Assembly (NCBI GenBank): GCA_013166775.1
Contig: JABLTJ010000011.1
Coordinates: 31,096 to 95,095, forward strand
DNA from: Promethearchaeati archaeon
GTDB taxonomy: Archaea; Asgardarchaeota; Heimdallarchaeia; Heimdallarchaeales; Heimdallarchaeaceae
DNA: 64,000 nucleotides
Direction of reading: 5' to 3'
Positions 10,817 through 21,228 of the stretch are shown here, piece after piece (position 1 is the first letter of the stretch; each line of letters begins with the position of its first letter). The notes beneath the pieces were generated by a model. That model did no database searches. It was given only the letters and a program-made list of their open reading frames with translations, and was not told the origin of the DNA. Both the position numbers and the translations under genes were made by a program.

Positions 10817-10987
10817 AATTAACCAATATGTGAAATCGATTAGCACAAAAGCTTAGCTATTGAACTTTCAAGTTTAGAATACAATGTCTCTAGCTTAGAA
10901 AGAATTAACCAAATGTGAAATCGATTAACACAAAAGCTTAGCTATTGAACTTTCAAGTTTAGAATACAATGTCTCTAGCTTAGAAAG
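10817..10987. repeat. Head-to-tail tandem direct repeat, two units (86 and 85 bp)
   Basis: aattaaccaa(t)atgtgaaatcgatta(g/a)cacaaaagcttagctattgaactttcaagtttagaatacaatgtctctagcttagaaag at 10817-10902 and 10903-10987. Confidence 0.95.
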
Positions 10988-11025
10988 AACATATTAGTAC
11001 CAGAAACTCATTTATTTTGATTCAT

Positions 11026-11184
11026 ATGTCATCGGAAATAAAATATGGACTTGTTTTAATTCAGTTTAATGAGTTTTCAGATCCAAATCTAGTAGTCGAA
11101 TTTGCAATTGAAGCAGAGAAAGCTGGTTGCAGTAGAAGATATGAGAAAGATAGTTCCAAAAGGTCCTCCTTTAAGTATGTATGA
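11026..11184 (+). pseudogene. Internally deleted LLM-class (luciferase-like) flavin oxidoreductase remnant
   Basis: MSSEIKYGLVLIQFNEFSDPNLVVEFAIEAEKAG resembles an LLM N-terminus; followed out of frame by VEDMRKIVPKGPP, resembling an LLM C-terminus. Confidence 0.65.
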
Positions 11185-11217
11185 AGCAAGCAAGATTTAC
11201 AATGGTGTTGAGATGAT

Positions 11218-12687
11218 GTGGATATGGTAGAAGACAATACTCTAACGGAAGGAATAGTTTCAACAAACAAACCTTCAGTTAGAGAGGTTCTCACTAATGC
11301 AACTTTTATGGTCTTATTTGCTGCTCAGTTTATAGAAAATATTGGTAGATCAATATCTGGTTTAGCTATTGAATTTCTTATTTTCGAACTTACTGGAAGT
11401 CCATTCTTAATGGGTATTCTTTCTATAATTTGGTTATCACCTTTTGTTATAATTGCACCAATTGCTGGAGCTTTAGCAGATCGGTTCGACCAGAGAAAAC
11501 TTATGTTTATCTCAAATATAATCAGTGCAATTGCATCAGTCGGTTTCGTGATAATCTATCTTTTCATTGATCAACTAACGATGATAAATTATACAACTGT
11601 ACCAAATTTAAATAACAATCTTCCAACAATACAACCTGTTCCGAATTATCTTCATGTTCTATGGCCATTATTCGTTCTTTGTTTCATAAATTCTGCTTCA
11701 GCAGCATTTTTCTTTCCTTCAAGAAATGCTTACACTCGTTTAATAGTCAAGAAAAAGAATCTCCTGATAGCTAATTCAGTTGCTTCTTCAGTGTTTCAGA
11801 TTGCTACAATTTTTGGATTTGTACTTGCAGGTTTATTGGCAGCACGAAGCTATTTATTGAGCTTCATATTTGATGCAGGAACTTTTGCAGTGTCTGGAAT
11901 ACTTATAGGAGTCATTTTTCTTATGGGAAAGAAACCTCCAAAAGTTATAAGAGAAAAAAGTAAGAATATAAAACAAGAAATGCAACGTTTTATAGAAGAC
12001 ATTAAAATTGGTTATCAAACACTTAGAGAATATCCAAAAATATCTTACATGCTTTTGATATTTTCATTTATTACTTTTTCACTAGGAGCGGTTACTGTTC
12101 TTTTCATAGTAATTATCCAAGGTGAAATGAATTTGGGGGCAACTTGGTATGGAATTCTGCAAGCTATAATGGGAGTATCTGGAATTATTACAGCCATAGT
12201 CCTTATAAGAATAGGGAAGATAAAACGGAAAATATTGATTATAAATATCGCTTTTGGTGCTATGACTGTAGTAATGTACATATTCGCAGTTGTTAGGAAT
12301 CTCTATGTTATGATAGTTATAATGTTCAGTTATGGTATAATGATAGTTTGTATCAATGTGCCTGCTTCAACATTGATCCAAGAATCTGTTCCATATGAAA
12401 AGCAAGGAAGAGTATTTGGAACGCAACAATTGTTACAAGGTGTTGCACAATTACTAGGAATGGGAATTGTAGCCTTAATTGCAGAATATGTATTAACTAT
12501 GTATGTACTCCTAGCAGGTTCAGTAATTCTTACAATTGTGTTAATTTTTGGGGTGTTATATTCTGGAAGAAGAGGATTGATGGGATCTGATTATTCGGAA
12601 GAAATCTCACCTAAGGGAATTTTGGATGTTGAACCTGAGCCCGCATTGACAAGTATCAGTTATCTAGAATCGTCAGATGATGTTTAA
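11218..12687 (+). CDS. MFS transporter, paralogue of 9032-10486
   Basis: Long identical peptide blocks shared with the first copy. Confidence 0.92.
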   Translation: MDMVEDNTLTEGIVSTNKPSVREVLTNATFMVLFAAQFIENIGRSISGLAIEFLIFELTGSPFLMGILSIIWLSPFVIIAPIAGALADRFDQRKLMFISNIISAIASVGFVIIYLFIDQLTMINYTTVPNLNNNLPTIQPVPNYLHVLWPLFVLCFINSASAAFFFPSRNAYTRLIVKKKNLLIANSVASSVFQIATIFGFVLAGLLAARSYLLSFIFDAGTFAVSGILIGVIFLMGKKPPKVIREKSKNIKQEMQRFIEDIKIGYQTLREYPKISYMLLIFSFITFSLGAVTVLFIVIIQGEMNLGATWYGILQAIMGVSGIITAIVLIRIGKIKRKILIINIAFGAMTVVMYIFAVVRNLYVMIVIMFSYGIMIVCINVPASTLIQESVPYEKQGRVFGTQQLLQGVAQLLGMGIVALIAEYVLTMYVLLAGSVILTIVLIFGVLYSGRRGLMGSDYSEEISPKGILDVEPEPALTSISYLESSDDV

Positions 12688-12822
12688 CCGATTGAATATC
12701 ACTATGGTGTTGATACTATTCTGCTAGTAATAATCTCTTAATTTTTTCTTTATTCTATTTACATAGCTTTAAAAGCGCTAATAAACCTTATCCGATTATC
12801 AAAGTCAGAAGGTCGTAAAAAA

Positions 12823-14574
12823 TTGAGTTTTTTTAAAAGTAAGAAATTTATCGCTATTATAATTGTTTTAGTTACACTTACAGTTACTCTATCTGTGATT
12901 CCCTATCCACCTATTATGCCTAGAAACATGTCAATTGATGATTACTCCTATGCTATAGATTTTACCCAATATGAATTAAGTAAACTAACACGAAAAGAAA
13001 AATTGCCATGTACAGCTGTTAGTCTCATCGTTGGTAATGAAACAATCTATCAGGAAGTGGCTGGTATTGCCAATATCGAAGAAGAAATGCAAGCAGATTT
13101 GAACACCGTTTTCAAAGTAGGCTCAATTTCTAAATTATTTACAGCCATTGAGATTATGAAGTTATACGAAGAAGGTTTAGTGGATTTAGATGTTCCAATT
13201 ACAACTTATATCCCAGATTTCAAAATAAATAGTCGTTTTAACGATTCAGGTTCCATTACAATTCGCAATATCTTGGCTCATCGTTCTGGACTCCCAAGAA
13301 CTCATAATCTACCTCAGTGGGCATGGGATAATAACACATATGTCTTTAGAGATATGGTCGCTTCGTTAGAAGAATCTTATATGGCATATCCAGTTAATCA
13401 ACAATACAAGTACTCAAATATCGGATTTAATATTCTTGCTAGAATTATAGAAATTGTTACAGGAGAATGGTTTGCTTTTCGTATGAGAGATTCTTTACTT
13501 CATCCTGTTGGGATGACTTCAAGTGGTTTTGTCGCCTCTCTAATTCCAACACCTGAAAAAATTGCTATGGGTTATTTCAAGGAAGGTAGACATAATATAC
13601 CTTACAATCAGTTTGATATTATTGATATGGCTTCCGGGGGGTTGCACTCTACAATAGGTGATATGAGTGAATTCGCAAAGTTCATCCTTAACTATGGAAA
13701 AGTGGATGATATTCAAGTTATTAATTCAACTACACTTTCAATGATGTTTGAATCACGGTTTTCAAAACCTTCAGATCCACAAAAAGTAGGTATGGGGTTC
13801 ATCTTGGACAAATCTTATTTGCCCAACAATGAACTTGCAGCATTTCATGCAGGAACCAACCAAGGAACAAAATCAATAATTGCTTTTGCACCAGATCAAC
13901 AGCTAGCAGTGATACTTATCTCCAATTCAGCAGAATTCGAGGATGATTCAAAAGTTCTAGCACTGGAAATTCTTGAAATTATGCACGAGACTAGAACAGG
14001 ATTAAAGAAGCAGAAGGAGAGTTTTGAGAAACAAGATGTAGATGTCGAGATTCTTAGAAGTTATACAGGAACATATGCAGTTGAAGGTGATGTTGCGGAA
14101 ATCTATTTGAAAAGAACTAAACTCAAAATGAGATATATGGGTTACAATGTAGTGCTTAAGCCAATAAACGATACAACTTTTATCGCAGATCATTGGTTAA
14201 TCGATATAGGTAATATCCACGTGAGGTTCTTTGATAACTTCTTCATTCTCTCGTTAGAAGGCGTACATAATCCCATATGCCCAAGATATTCAGTTGACGC
14301 GGAATTGATGAACCATTGGTCTTCTTATCTTGGGGACTATCAGGTATGGCTGCGACATTATTCAGCCTATACGGAAAATGAAGTTCCAGATTCTGTTCAA
14401 TTACAATTTGAAGATGGAATTCTTAGATTATCTTGGACTAACTTCGTTCTTCAACCAATAAGTCAGACTGAATTGATTATTCAAAGTGGAGCTTTTGAAG
14501 GAGAAACAATGTTTAGAGATCCAAACACAGGTTTCCTTTATTGGCAAAATAGAGTTTTCAAACCTTCCACTTAG
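12823..14574 (+). CDS. Membrane-anchored serine hydrolase, beta-lactamase/PBP class C family, with C-terminal extra domains
   Basis: N-terminal TM; SISK (SxxK), YSN, HAG motifs; LAHRSGL. Confidence 0.9.
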   Translation: MSFFKSKKFIAIIIVLVTLTVTLSVIPYPPIMPRNMSIDDYSYAIDFTQYELSKLTRKEKLPCTAVSLIVGNETIYQEVAGIANIEEEMQADLNTVFKVGSISKLFTAIEIMKLYEEGLVDLDVPITTYIPDFKINSRFNDSGSITIRNILAHRSGLPRTHNLPQWAWDNNTYVFRDMVASLEESYMAYPVNQQYKYSNIGFNILARIIEIVTGEWFAFRMRDSLLHPVGMTSSGFVASLIPTPEKIAMGYFKEGRHNIPYNQFDIIDMASGGLHSTIGDMSEFAKFILNYGKVDDIQVINSTTLSMMFESRFSKPSDPQKVGMGFILDKSYLPNNELAAFHAGTNQGTKSIIAFAPDQQLAVILISNSAEFEDDSKVLALEILEIMHETRTGLKKQKESFEKQDVDVEILRSYTGTYAVEGDVAEIYLKRTKLKMRYMGYNVVLKPINDTTFIADHWLIDIGNIHVRFFDNFFILSLEGVHNPICPRYSVDAELMNHWSSYLGDYQVWLRHYSAYTENEVPDSVQLQFEDGILRLSWTNFVLQPISQTELIIQSGAFEGETMFRDPNTGFLYWQNRVFKPST

Positions 14575-14625
14575 TTCACTCTTTTTTTATTATTATCAAA
14601 AACCTGTGGTTACATGCCTTAACAT

Positions 14626-15762
14626 TCAAGCTTCTTCAATTGAAGATAATGTTCGTTCATACTCTTTATCTAGCTTAACAAAACTGTTTGATTCTTCTTC
14701 GAATAAATCATATGCTCCTGCAATATTGAAATCTGGAATTTTAGACCAAAGCTGTATGAAATATGAGTCTATCAAAGGTTTAAGCAAATAAAAAGCATCT
14801 AGAAATTCTCTTATTTCGTATGATGGAAATTCAATAGCGAGTCCTATTCTTCCTGGTTTGTCCAGAGCAATTGTCAGAGGGTAAGGGATTTTTGAAACAT
14901 GATATAAAATCTGCTGTATATTCTGTTTCGCTTCTATCACAATAAAAAGAGGGGGAAAATATTCAAAAGGATAGAAACCTGTTCTATAACCACGAATTAT
15001 TCCCTTTTGTTCCATAATTTTAATACGTCTTCCAATTTGTGATTCGGATAAATCTAGTATCGCTTCTAATTTCTTTAGAGGGAGATTTTCAAGTAAATAC
15101 ATGTTTCTTAATATCTGTATATCTATAAAGTCGAAATTCATTCTCTCTGGTTCAGTATCAAATTCTATTACTAATTCATTGCCACTTTTAATCTTGTTCT
15201 GTAAATGTCTTTTCCAAATCTCCCAGTTCCAATACCAACTTCCATCTTCGTCAAAATACTTAAAATTCCAACTATAAGTTTTATAATCTACTATATTTAG
15301 TGCTGAATAATCTCTTATTATGTCCTTTTCTTTCAATAATCGAAACATCTTATGAGGATGATAAGAAGAATCCAAAGAATAGATTGAATGCAGATAATAT
15401 CCATTATATTTCCCATAAGTAGGAACATACCAATCTATTGCTTCGTTTTTGTCTATTATATCATAAAATTCAGTCCTATATTTCGGATTCTCTTCTACAA
15501 CAAAGATGCTTTCTCCAATTCCTAATTTTCTCTCATGAGTTATGGGAATCTTTTTTTGAAGTATTCCTTTTTCTTTAAGGTTAAAAATTCTGTAGCGAAT
15601 AGTTCTTGGAGGGATTTTTTGGTCAAAATCCCCAGATTTTTCAAGTAATTCACTTATTTGCTCTGTAGCTGGGGAATAATTCTGTTTATCGAACTGTTCA
15701 TCTATTGTACGAATAATTTGTAAATCTATGTTATCAAAATTTCTTGTTTTGCTTCTTGTCAA
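14626..15762 (-). CDS. Double winged-helix (Lrp/AsnC-like) transcriptional regulator
   Basis: Two DxIDxQI..HTH..KGI units (PRTIRYRIFNLKEKGIL; SESQIGRRIKIMEQKGII). Confidence 0.8.
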   Translation of the reverse strand: MTRSKTRNFDNIDLQIIRTIDEQFDKQNYSPATEQISELLEKSGDFDQKIPPRTIRYRIFNLKEKGILQKKIPITHERKLGIGESIFVVEENPKYRTEFYDIIDKNEAIDWYVPTYGKYNGYYLHSIYSLDSSYHPHKMFRLLKEKDIIRDYSALNIVDYKTYSWNFKYFDEDGSWYWNWEIWKRHLQNKIKSGNELVIEFDTEPERMNFDFIDIQILRNMYLLENLPLKKLEAILDLSESQIGRRIKIMEQKGIIRGYRTGFYPFEYFPPLFIVIEAKQNIQQILYHVSKIPYPLTIALDKPGRIGLAIEFPSYEIREFLDAFYLLKPLIDSYFIQLWSKIPDFNIAGAYDLFEEESNSFVKLDKEYERTLSSIEEA

Positions 15763-15796
15763 GAATTACACCTTTTTATTTTCTTTGGAATGTTTT

Positions 15797-16984
15797 TCAT
15801 TTAAGCAACCACATAGAAGGCCAAGAGTATTCTTTAACTATGGCAAATAATATCTGGATATTCAATAATTCACCATTTATCCCATTTGCCATGATTACAG
15901 CTCCTTGACCTGTTTTAGGATTGAAAATCATCATACATGTTGCTCCAGGCATATTTGTCCCAGGATGAGTGAGGAGTAATTTATCTTCTTCTTCAATTAG
16001 GAAGATTCCAAAACCCTGTCCTGTCCAACCAAAAAATTTTGCTGGGTCTATTTTTACTTGGGAGGAGAGCATTTGTTTTGCCATTTCAGAAGAAAGAATT
16101 TTATTTGATTCACCATTAAATGCTTTCATTAATTCTATAAGGAATAAACTCAAATCAAAAGGAGTGGTTAGAAGACCTCCATGTCCAGATGCTCCAGGAT
16201 GTAAACCTGTTTCCCTTGCTTCTCCATCTTGATTATGAGGTACGATTGCTTTTTTCTTTAATTCCCCAGTAGGATATTCAAAAGTGCTATTTTCAATTCC
16301 AAGAGGATTAAAAACAACCTCTTTCATTATTTCAGGGAGTTTTTTTCTTGTAATATCTTCATATAATTTTTGAATAATAATATAACCTAAGTTTGAATAA
16401 CTATGTTCAGTTCCAGGTTTAAAACAAACCTCAACTGGATCATTAAGAGCAGGAAGTTCGCCTTTTAGTGTTTGATTAATCGTAGGAATCTTTCCTTCTT
16501 CTACTTCAAACATAGAATCTGGACGATTTATTCCAGCTGTATGTGTTAAAAGTTGTCGAAGTGTAATTTTATTTCTTTTTGTAAAATCGTTTTCTGGAAT
16601 TTTCCATGAATGGAGCTTATCATTCACATTTTCATCTAAGTCTAGTAAATTCTGCTCAACAGCATTTAATATTGCAGCGGCAGTAAATGTTTTTGAAGTC
16701 GACCCTCCTTCAAAGAGAGTATCAAGAGTAATTTCCTCTTGCGTTCTAACATCTTTTACACCAAAGCTTTTTGTCCATTCAATTTCAAAGTTATTGATTA
16801 CTGCTATACCGATACCTGGAACCTTGAGTGTTTTCATCTGTTCCTCAATGGTTCCTAAAGATTCCCAGATAGGTGAAGGAAATCCTTCAAGATCTAATTG
16901 AGGTATTTCACTTTCTATTTTTCTAATTCGCTCTTTGATTTTGTTTTCATCTTTTCCTAAAATCCTCAATCTATCATCATTCAT
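15797..16984 (-). CDS. Cytoplasmic serine hydrolase, beta-lactamase family
   Basis: STSK, LLTHTAG, YSN, HPG motifs. Confidence 0.9.
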   Translation of the reverse strand: MNDDRLRILGKDENKIKERIRKIESEIPQLDLEGFPSPIWESLGTIEEQMKTLKVPGIGIAVINNFEIEWTKSFGVKDVRTQEEITLDTLFEGGSTSKTFTAAAILNAVEQNLLDLDENVNDKLHSWKIPENDFTKRNKITLRQLLTHTAGINRPDSMFEVEEGKIPTINQTLKGELPALNDPVEVCFKPGTEHSYSNLGYIIIQKLYEDITRKKLPEIMKEVVFNPLGIENSTFEYPTGELKKKAIVPHNQDGEARETGLHPGASGHGGLLTTPFDLSLFLIELMKAFNGESNKILSSEMAKQMLSSQVKIDPAKFFGWTGQGFGIFLIEEEDKLLLTHPGTNMPGATCMMIFNPKTGQGAVIMANGINGELLNIQILFAIVKEYSWPSMWLLK

Positions 16985-17289
16985 TTTCTTTCACCTTTAT
17001 AATTATCAATTTACTATTCTTCAGGAACACCATACAGTTTATGGCAATATTAAATATAAAAATATTGCCATTTAGTGCATAGTTTTATAAGTGGGTTTGG
17101 AAAATGTGAAAAAGATTACCATGGGAAATGTTGTAACTAATCCATATATAGAGTGCTATAATACCATACTAGAAGCAGATCGAACAAGGTTATACGAAAT
17201 TGAAGCAAAGAAATTCTTAGAACAACCTTTCTCGCTTTAAACAAATTTAAGGACGAAACTTTTAAAATAAAATACATGCTTCAAAACTT

Positions 17290-19341
17290 GTGATTTCGGA
17301 GAAGCAAATTGAGGAAAAGGTTGAGAGATTAATAGAAGAACTCACTTTAGAAGAGAAGTTCAAATTAATGGTTGGGTTCTTCAGATTTCAAACAAATACC
17401 ATTCCAAGATTAGGAATTAAAACATTCAAAGTGACTGATGGGCCACTAGGAATTTCTCAACATTCAAGTATGCTTAGAAAAAATACTAAGTTTCCCGCAG
17501 GTATTAATCTTGCAGCTTCTTGGAATCGAGAATTAGCTTATAAGTGCGGAGAAGCCATAGGTAGAGAAGCAAGAGCAATAAACAGATTGTGTGTTCTAGG
17601 TCCAGGAATCAATATTGATAGATCACCTCTTAATGGTAGGACTTTCGAGTACTACAGTGAAGATCCACATCTAACTAAAGAGATATCTATACCCTTTGTA
17701 AAGGGGATTCAGAGTCAAAGAATAGCTGCATGTCCTAAACATTATGTCGCAAATAATCAGGAAACTCATAGACACATCATTGATGTTCAAGTAGATGAAA
17801 GAACATTACAAGAGATCTATCTTCGAGCTTTCAAAGAAATTGTAGAAGAAGCAAATCCATGGACAATAATGAGTTCATACAATTTAGTTAATGGAGAGTA
17901 CGTGCATGGGAGTTACAAGCTATTAAAAGAGATATTAATGGCCAAGTGGGGATTTAATGGTTTTGTAATGACAGACTGGTGGGCAACACAAGATAGAGGT
18001 GTAACACAACCAACAACAGAAGAAGCAATAAAAGCGGGTTTGACATTAGAGATGCCTGTTCCTATCCTATATGGAGAAGAAGAGCTTCTTGAGAACTACA
18101 AGAAGGGGAAGTTCTCTGAAGACAATATTAATGAACTAATTAGAAGACTACTGCGTGTATATGCTCAGGTAGGGATGTTTGAAGATGAAAAAGATTTACC
18201 AAAGGGAGAAAGAAATACTAAAAGACATCAAGAATTAGCAAGAAGAATGGCAGAAGAAGGTATTGTTTTACTAAAGAATGAAAAACAATTTCTGCCTTTG
18301 AACACTGACAATATTGATACTATAGCTGTCTTAGGGCCTAATGCTAAAAGAAAGTTTGGAAAAATGTTATTAGGGGGTGCAGCAGCTGTTACACCACCCT
18401 ATGAAATCACACCTCATAAAGGATTAAAAGAGAAATGCAAAGGTAAAATAAAGATAATTAAGGATCCTTCCAAAGCAGATTTTGTTCTCTTATTCATGGG
18501 TCTTAATCATGATTCCCATATAACGCTATTATCTGACAAAATTTCTAAAGATAAACCTGAATTTGGAAAAGAATCAGAAGAGGTGGATAGAACAGAATTT
18601 GGGTTACCGATAGCACAAATTGAACTGATAAAGAAAACTATTGAAATTAATCCTAATGTCATTGTTATTCTAAATAATGCTAATCCAATATCTATGGAAG
18701 AATGGATTGAAAATGTACCAGCAGTGTTGGAAGTCTGGTATCCTGGAATGGAAGGTGGAAGAGCAATTGCCAATGTTCTTTTTGGAGATGTAAATCCTTC
18801 TGGAAAAATACCCTTAACATTTCCAAAACAATTGAAAGATTCTCCAGCACACAAATCAACTAAAACTTTTCCAGGAGAGGATCTCAAAGTTTACTATGAA
18901 GAAGGAATATATATAGGATATAGGTATTTTGAGAAAGAAAACATCGAACCGCTTTTTCCTTTTGGATTTGGTTTATCCTATACAACATTCGGAATTACAA
19001 ATGCAGTTTCAGATAAAGATAAATTGAATTCAAAGGAAGATTCTCTGAAGATAACTGTTGACGTTACAAATACAGGAGAGAGAGCTGGAAGTGAAGTAAT
19101 TCAAATTTATTCAGAAGCACCCAGCAAAGTAATTGATAGACCTTTGAAAGAATTGGTTGGATTTGAGAAAGTCTTTCTTAAGAAAGGAGAGAAAAAGAAA
19201 GTAAAAATCCAGATTAAAGCAACAGATTTAGCATTCTACGATACTAAAGAAGCTGATTGGAATATTGAACAAGGTAAGCACATCCTACATATTGGAAATT
19301 CCTCAACTAATATATCTGCGAAAATAGAGATAGAGTGTTAA
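17290..19341 (+). CDS. GH3 beta-glucosidase with C-terminal Fn3-like domain
   Basis: DGPLG, GRTFEYYSEDP, KHY, VMTDW nucleophile, PFGFGLSYT. Confidence 0.95.
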   Translation: MISEKQIEEKVERLIEELTLEEKFKLMVGFFRFQTNTIPRLGIKTFKVTDGPLGISQHSSMLRKNTKFPAGINLAASWNRELAYKCGEAIGREARAINRLCVLGPGINIDRSPLNGRTFEYYSEDPHLTKEISIPFVKGIQSQRIAACPKHYVANNQETHRHIIDVQVDERTLQEIYLRAFKEIVEEANPWTIMSSYNLVNGEYVHGSYKLLKEILMAKWGFNGFVMTDWWATQDRGVTQPTTEEAIKAGLTLEMPVPILYGEEELLENYKKGKFSEDNINELIRRLLRVYAQVGMFEDEKDLPKGERNTKRHQELARRMAEEGIVLLKNEKQFLPLNTDNIDTIAVLGPNAKRKFGKMLLGGAAAVTPPYEITPHKGLKEKCKGKIKIIKDPSKADFVLLFMGLNHDSHITLLSDKISKDKPEFGKESEEVDRTEFGLPIAQIELIKKTIEINPNVIVILNNANPISMEEWIENVPAVLEVWYPGMEGGRAIANVLFGDVNPSGKIPLTFPKQLKDSPAHKSTKTFPGEDLKVYYEEGIYIGYRYFEKENIEPLFPFGFGLSYTTFGITNAVSDKDKLNSKEDSLKITVDVTNTGERAGSEVIQIYSEAPSKVIDRPLKELVGFEKVFLKKGEKKKVKIQIKATDLAFYDTKEADWNIEQGKHILHIGNSSTNISAKIEIEC

Positions 19342-19350
19342 TAGTTCAGA

Positions 19351-21228
19351 TCAAAGACAGAGATTGTATTCATTTATTAATTTCAGTGTCAATTCATTTA
19401 CTCCTTCCTCGATTAGATCGGATGTTGTTTCAGTAAAAGAATTTTTCCAATTCTTAGCTGACTTATTAATGTCTACTAATTTTCTCTCTGGTTCTAATTT
19501 ATGAATTAGATTAGTATCCAGTTGATCCATTCCCCAACAAAGATTAAGCGCAGGCATTGGAAAAATATAGAAATACCCTAGTTTTTTAAAATCCAAATCA
19601 GAAGCGGGAGGGAAATGAATTTTATATTCATTGAAGAAAGCTTTGCGTAAATCTTCACCCATACCACTATAAAAAACAAAAGTACAAATCTCTTCAACTA
19701 TGTCTCCATATTCAGAATTCTCCCAATCTACTAACCACAACTTACCTTGTGAGTCGGTGATAAAGTGACCTCCTAAATCTCCATGCAAAATTCCTGAGAT
19801 TCCAAAAGGAAACAATTCTTTATTATCATCAATTAAAACTTCATATTCTTCTTGTGCTAGTGAAAAAGCTTTAGAAATACTGGGATTCATCAAGTGAGGA
19901 TAATCTACTTCTATGTGATTCATCGTTTTCTTTAGAAATTGGTGATTCTTCTTCATTTGTTCTAAACCATCAGGGATTATCTCATACTCCACATTGTGTA
20001 TATCAGCTAGATTACGAGCCATTTTCTTAATAGTAGATTCATCTTGATAATCTGAATGAATTCCTTCTGCAAAATCAAAAACAACTGCTCCATTCTTGAA
20101 AAACTCTTGATCCACACATATTGGTGCGGGGACACATTGTACTCCTTTGTCTATGAATTTCTGTCTGATTTTTGCTTCGTTAAATATTTTTCGAGTTCGA
20201 CTAGTAATTTTCTCTTCGAAGATCTCTATTTTATTATAAGATGTTTTAATTACGTTATCGATTAAATCTGCGAGAATATATTTCCAAATTGCTGCAGTAT
20301 TACGTTTTCTTCTAAAAGAAAAATCTCTTCTAATTCTGTTGTAATGTTCTTCTGTTATCCAAGTAGGAACTAAGAAAATACCATTAGAATAGAAGCCAAA
20401 ATCATCAGATAAGTTTTGAAGGTAATTAATTACATTTATCTTTTCCTTCTCACTTAATTCAATTAAATCAAGAAATTCCTTCATAAAGTATTTTTTATCT
20501 TTAAAATCATCTCCTTTACTGGTAAGAAAATCGGTCATACCAATAGCTTCTGCACAATTAATTAGAAGTGGGGGATAATTTTCTATTAAATTGCTTATTT
20601 CTTTTTCAAACGCAATTCTAATTTCATCAAATTTTCTTATTTTTGAATGAGAATCTTCTTGTCTTTCAAAATTAATAATCAAATCTAGTAATTTTTGATT
20701 AACAAAAAAATCATAATAATTGTGAGATGATTTATTTTGCTTTATTTGGATACGAGTTATAAAACCTGGTTTAAATTTTAAGAATCTTCTAAAACGAATA
20801 GTCTTAAGATTATATTGATATTTTGATTTGGTTTTTGTAGGTGTACTATCTTCCAATAAGAACTCTTCTGTGAATATTAAATTAGCAGACTTATTATATT
20901 TAATTTTTAGAGTTAAATTCATATCAGATATTCGAATAGAATATTGAAGATAAGATCTTTTCTTGTTTTTTCTTTTATGCATAACATTCTGAAAAGACTC
21001 AAGATTTACAAGATTTCCATGAAAAGTAAGAGGAGCTTCTGAGAATTTATTCTCTAATGTTTGTTTCAGCAACAACAAGAACTGGATAAAACTTGATTTA
21101 CCAGAGCTATTGGCACCAATTAGTACTGTAATAGGTTTAAGTTTTATTTCTAGCTTATCCCCAATGGATTTGAAATTTTGAACACATAATTTTTCTATTA
21201 TGTCATCATTATCTTCGTGTGAAACTAT
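19351..21228 (-). CDS. In-frame fusion: AAA_15/ABC-type ATPase N-terminal half + aminoglycoside-phosphotransferase-like kinase C-terminal part
   Basis: Frame stays open upstream of the TTG at 21078: IEKLCVQNFKSIG..ITVLIGANSSGKSS (Walker A); C-terminal HGDL and DWE motifs; probable ATA start 6 nt after GGTGA. Confidence 0.75.
   Translation of the reverse strand: MVSHEDNDDIIEKLCVQNFKSIGDKLEIKLKPITVLIGANSSGKSSFIQFLLLLKQTLENKFSEAPLTFHGNLVNLESFQNVMHKRKNKKRSYLQYSIRISDMNLTLKIKYNKSANLIFTEEFLLEDSTPTKTKSKYQYNLKTIRFRRFLKFKPGFITRIQIKQNKSSHNYYDFFVNQKLLDLIINFERQEDSHSKIRKFDEIRIAFEKEISNLIENYPPLLINCAEAIGMTDFLTSKGDDFKDKKYFMKEFLDLIELSEKEKINVINYLQNLSDDFGFYSNGIFLVPTWITEEHYNRIRRDFSFRRKRNTAAIWKYILADLIDNVIKTSYNKIEIFEEKITSRTRKIFNEAKIRQKFIDKGVQCVPAPICVDQEFFKNGAVVFDFAEGIHSDYQDESTIKKMARNLADIHNVEYEIIPDGLEQMKKNHQFLKKTMNHIEVDYPHLMNPSISKAFSLAQEEYEVLIDDNKELFPFGISGILHGDLGGHFITDSQGKLWLVDWENSEYGDIVEEICTFVFYSGMGEDLRKAFFNEYKIHFPPASDLDFKKLGYFYIFPMPALNLCWGMDQLDTNLIHKLEPERKLVDINKSAKNWKNSFTETTSDLIEEGVNELTLKLINEYNLCL

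Noticed and set aside
10817-10987. Possible CRISPR array
   Set aside because: Only two contiguous 85-86 bp units with no spacers; no cas genes in the window
17091-17240. Short plus-strand frame (..MGNVVTNPYIEC..LEQPFSL)
   Set aside because: May be a gene remnant, but no family recognised
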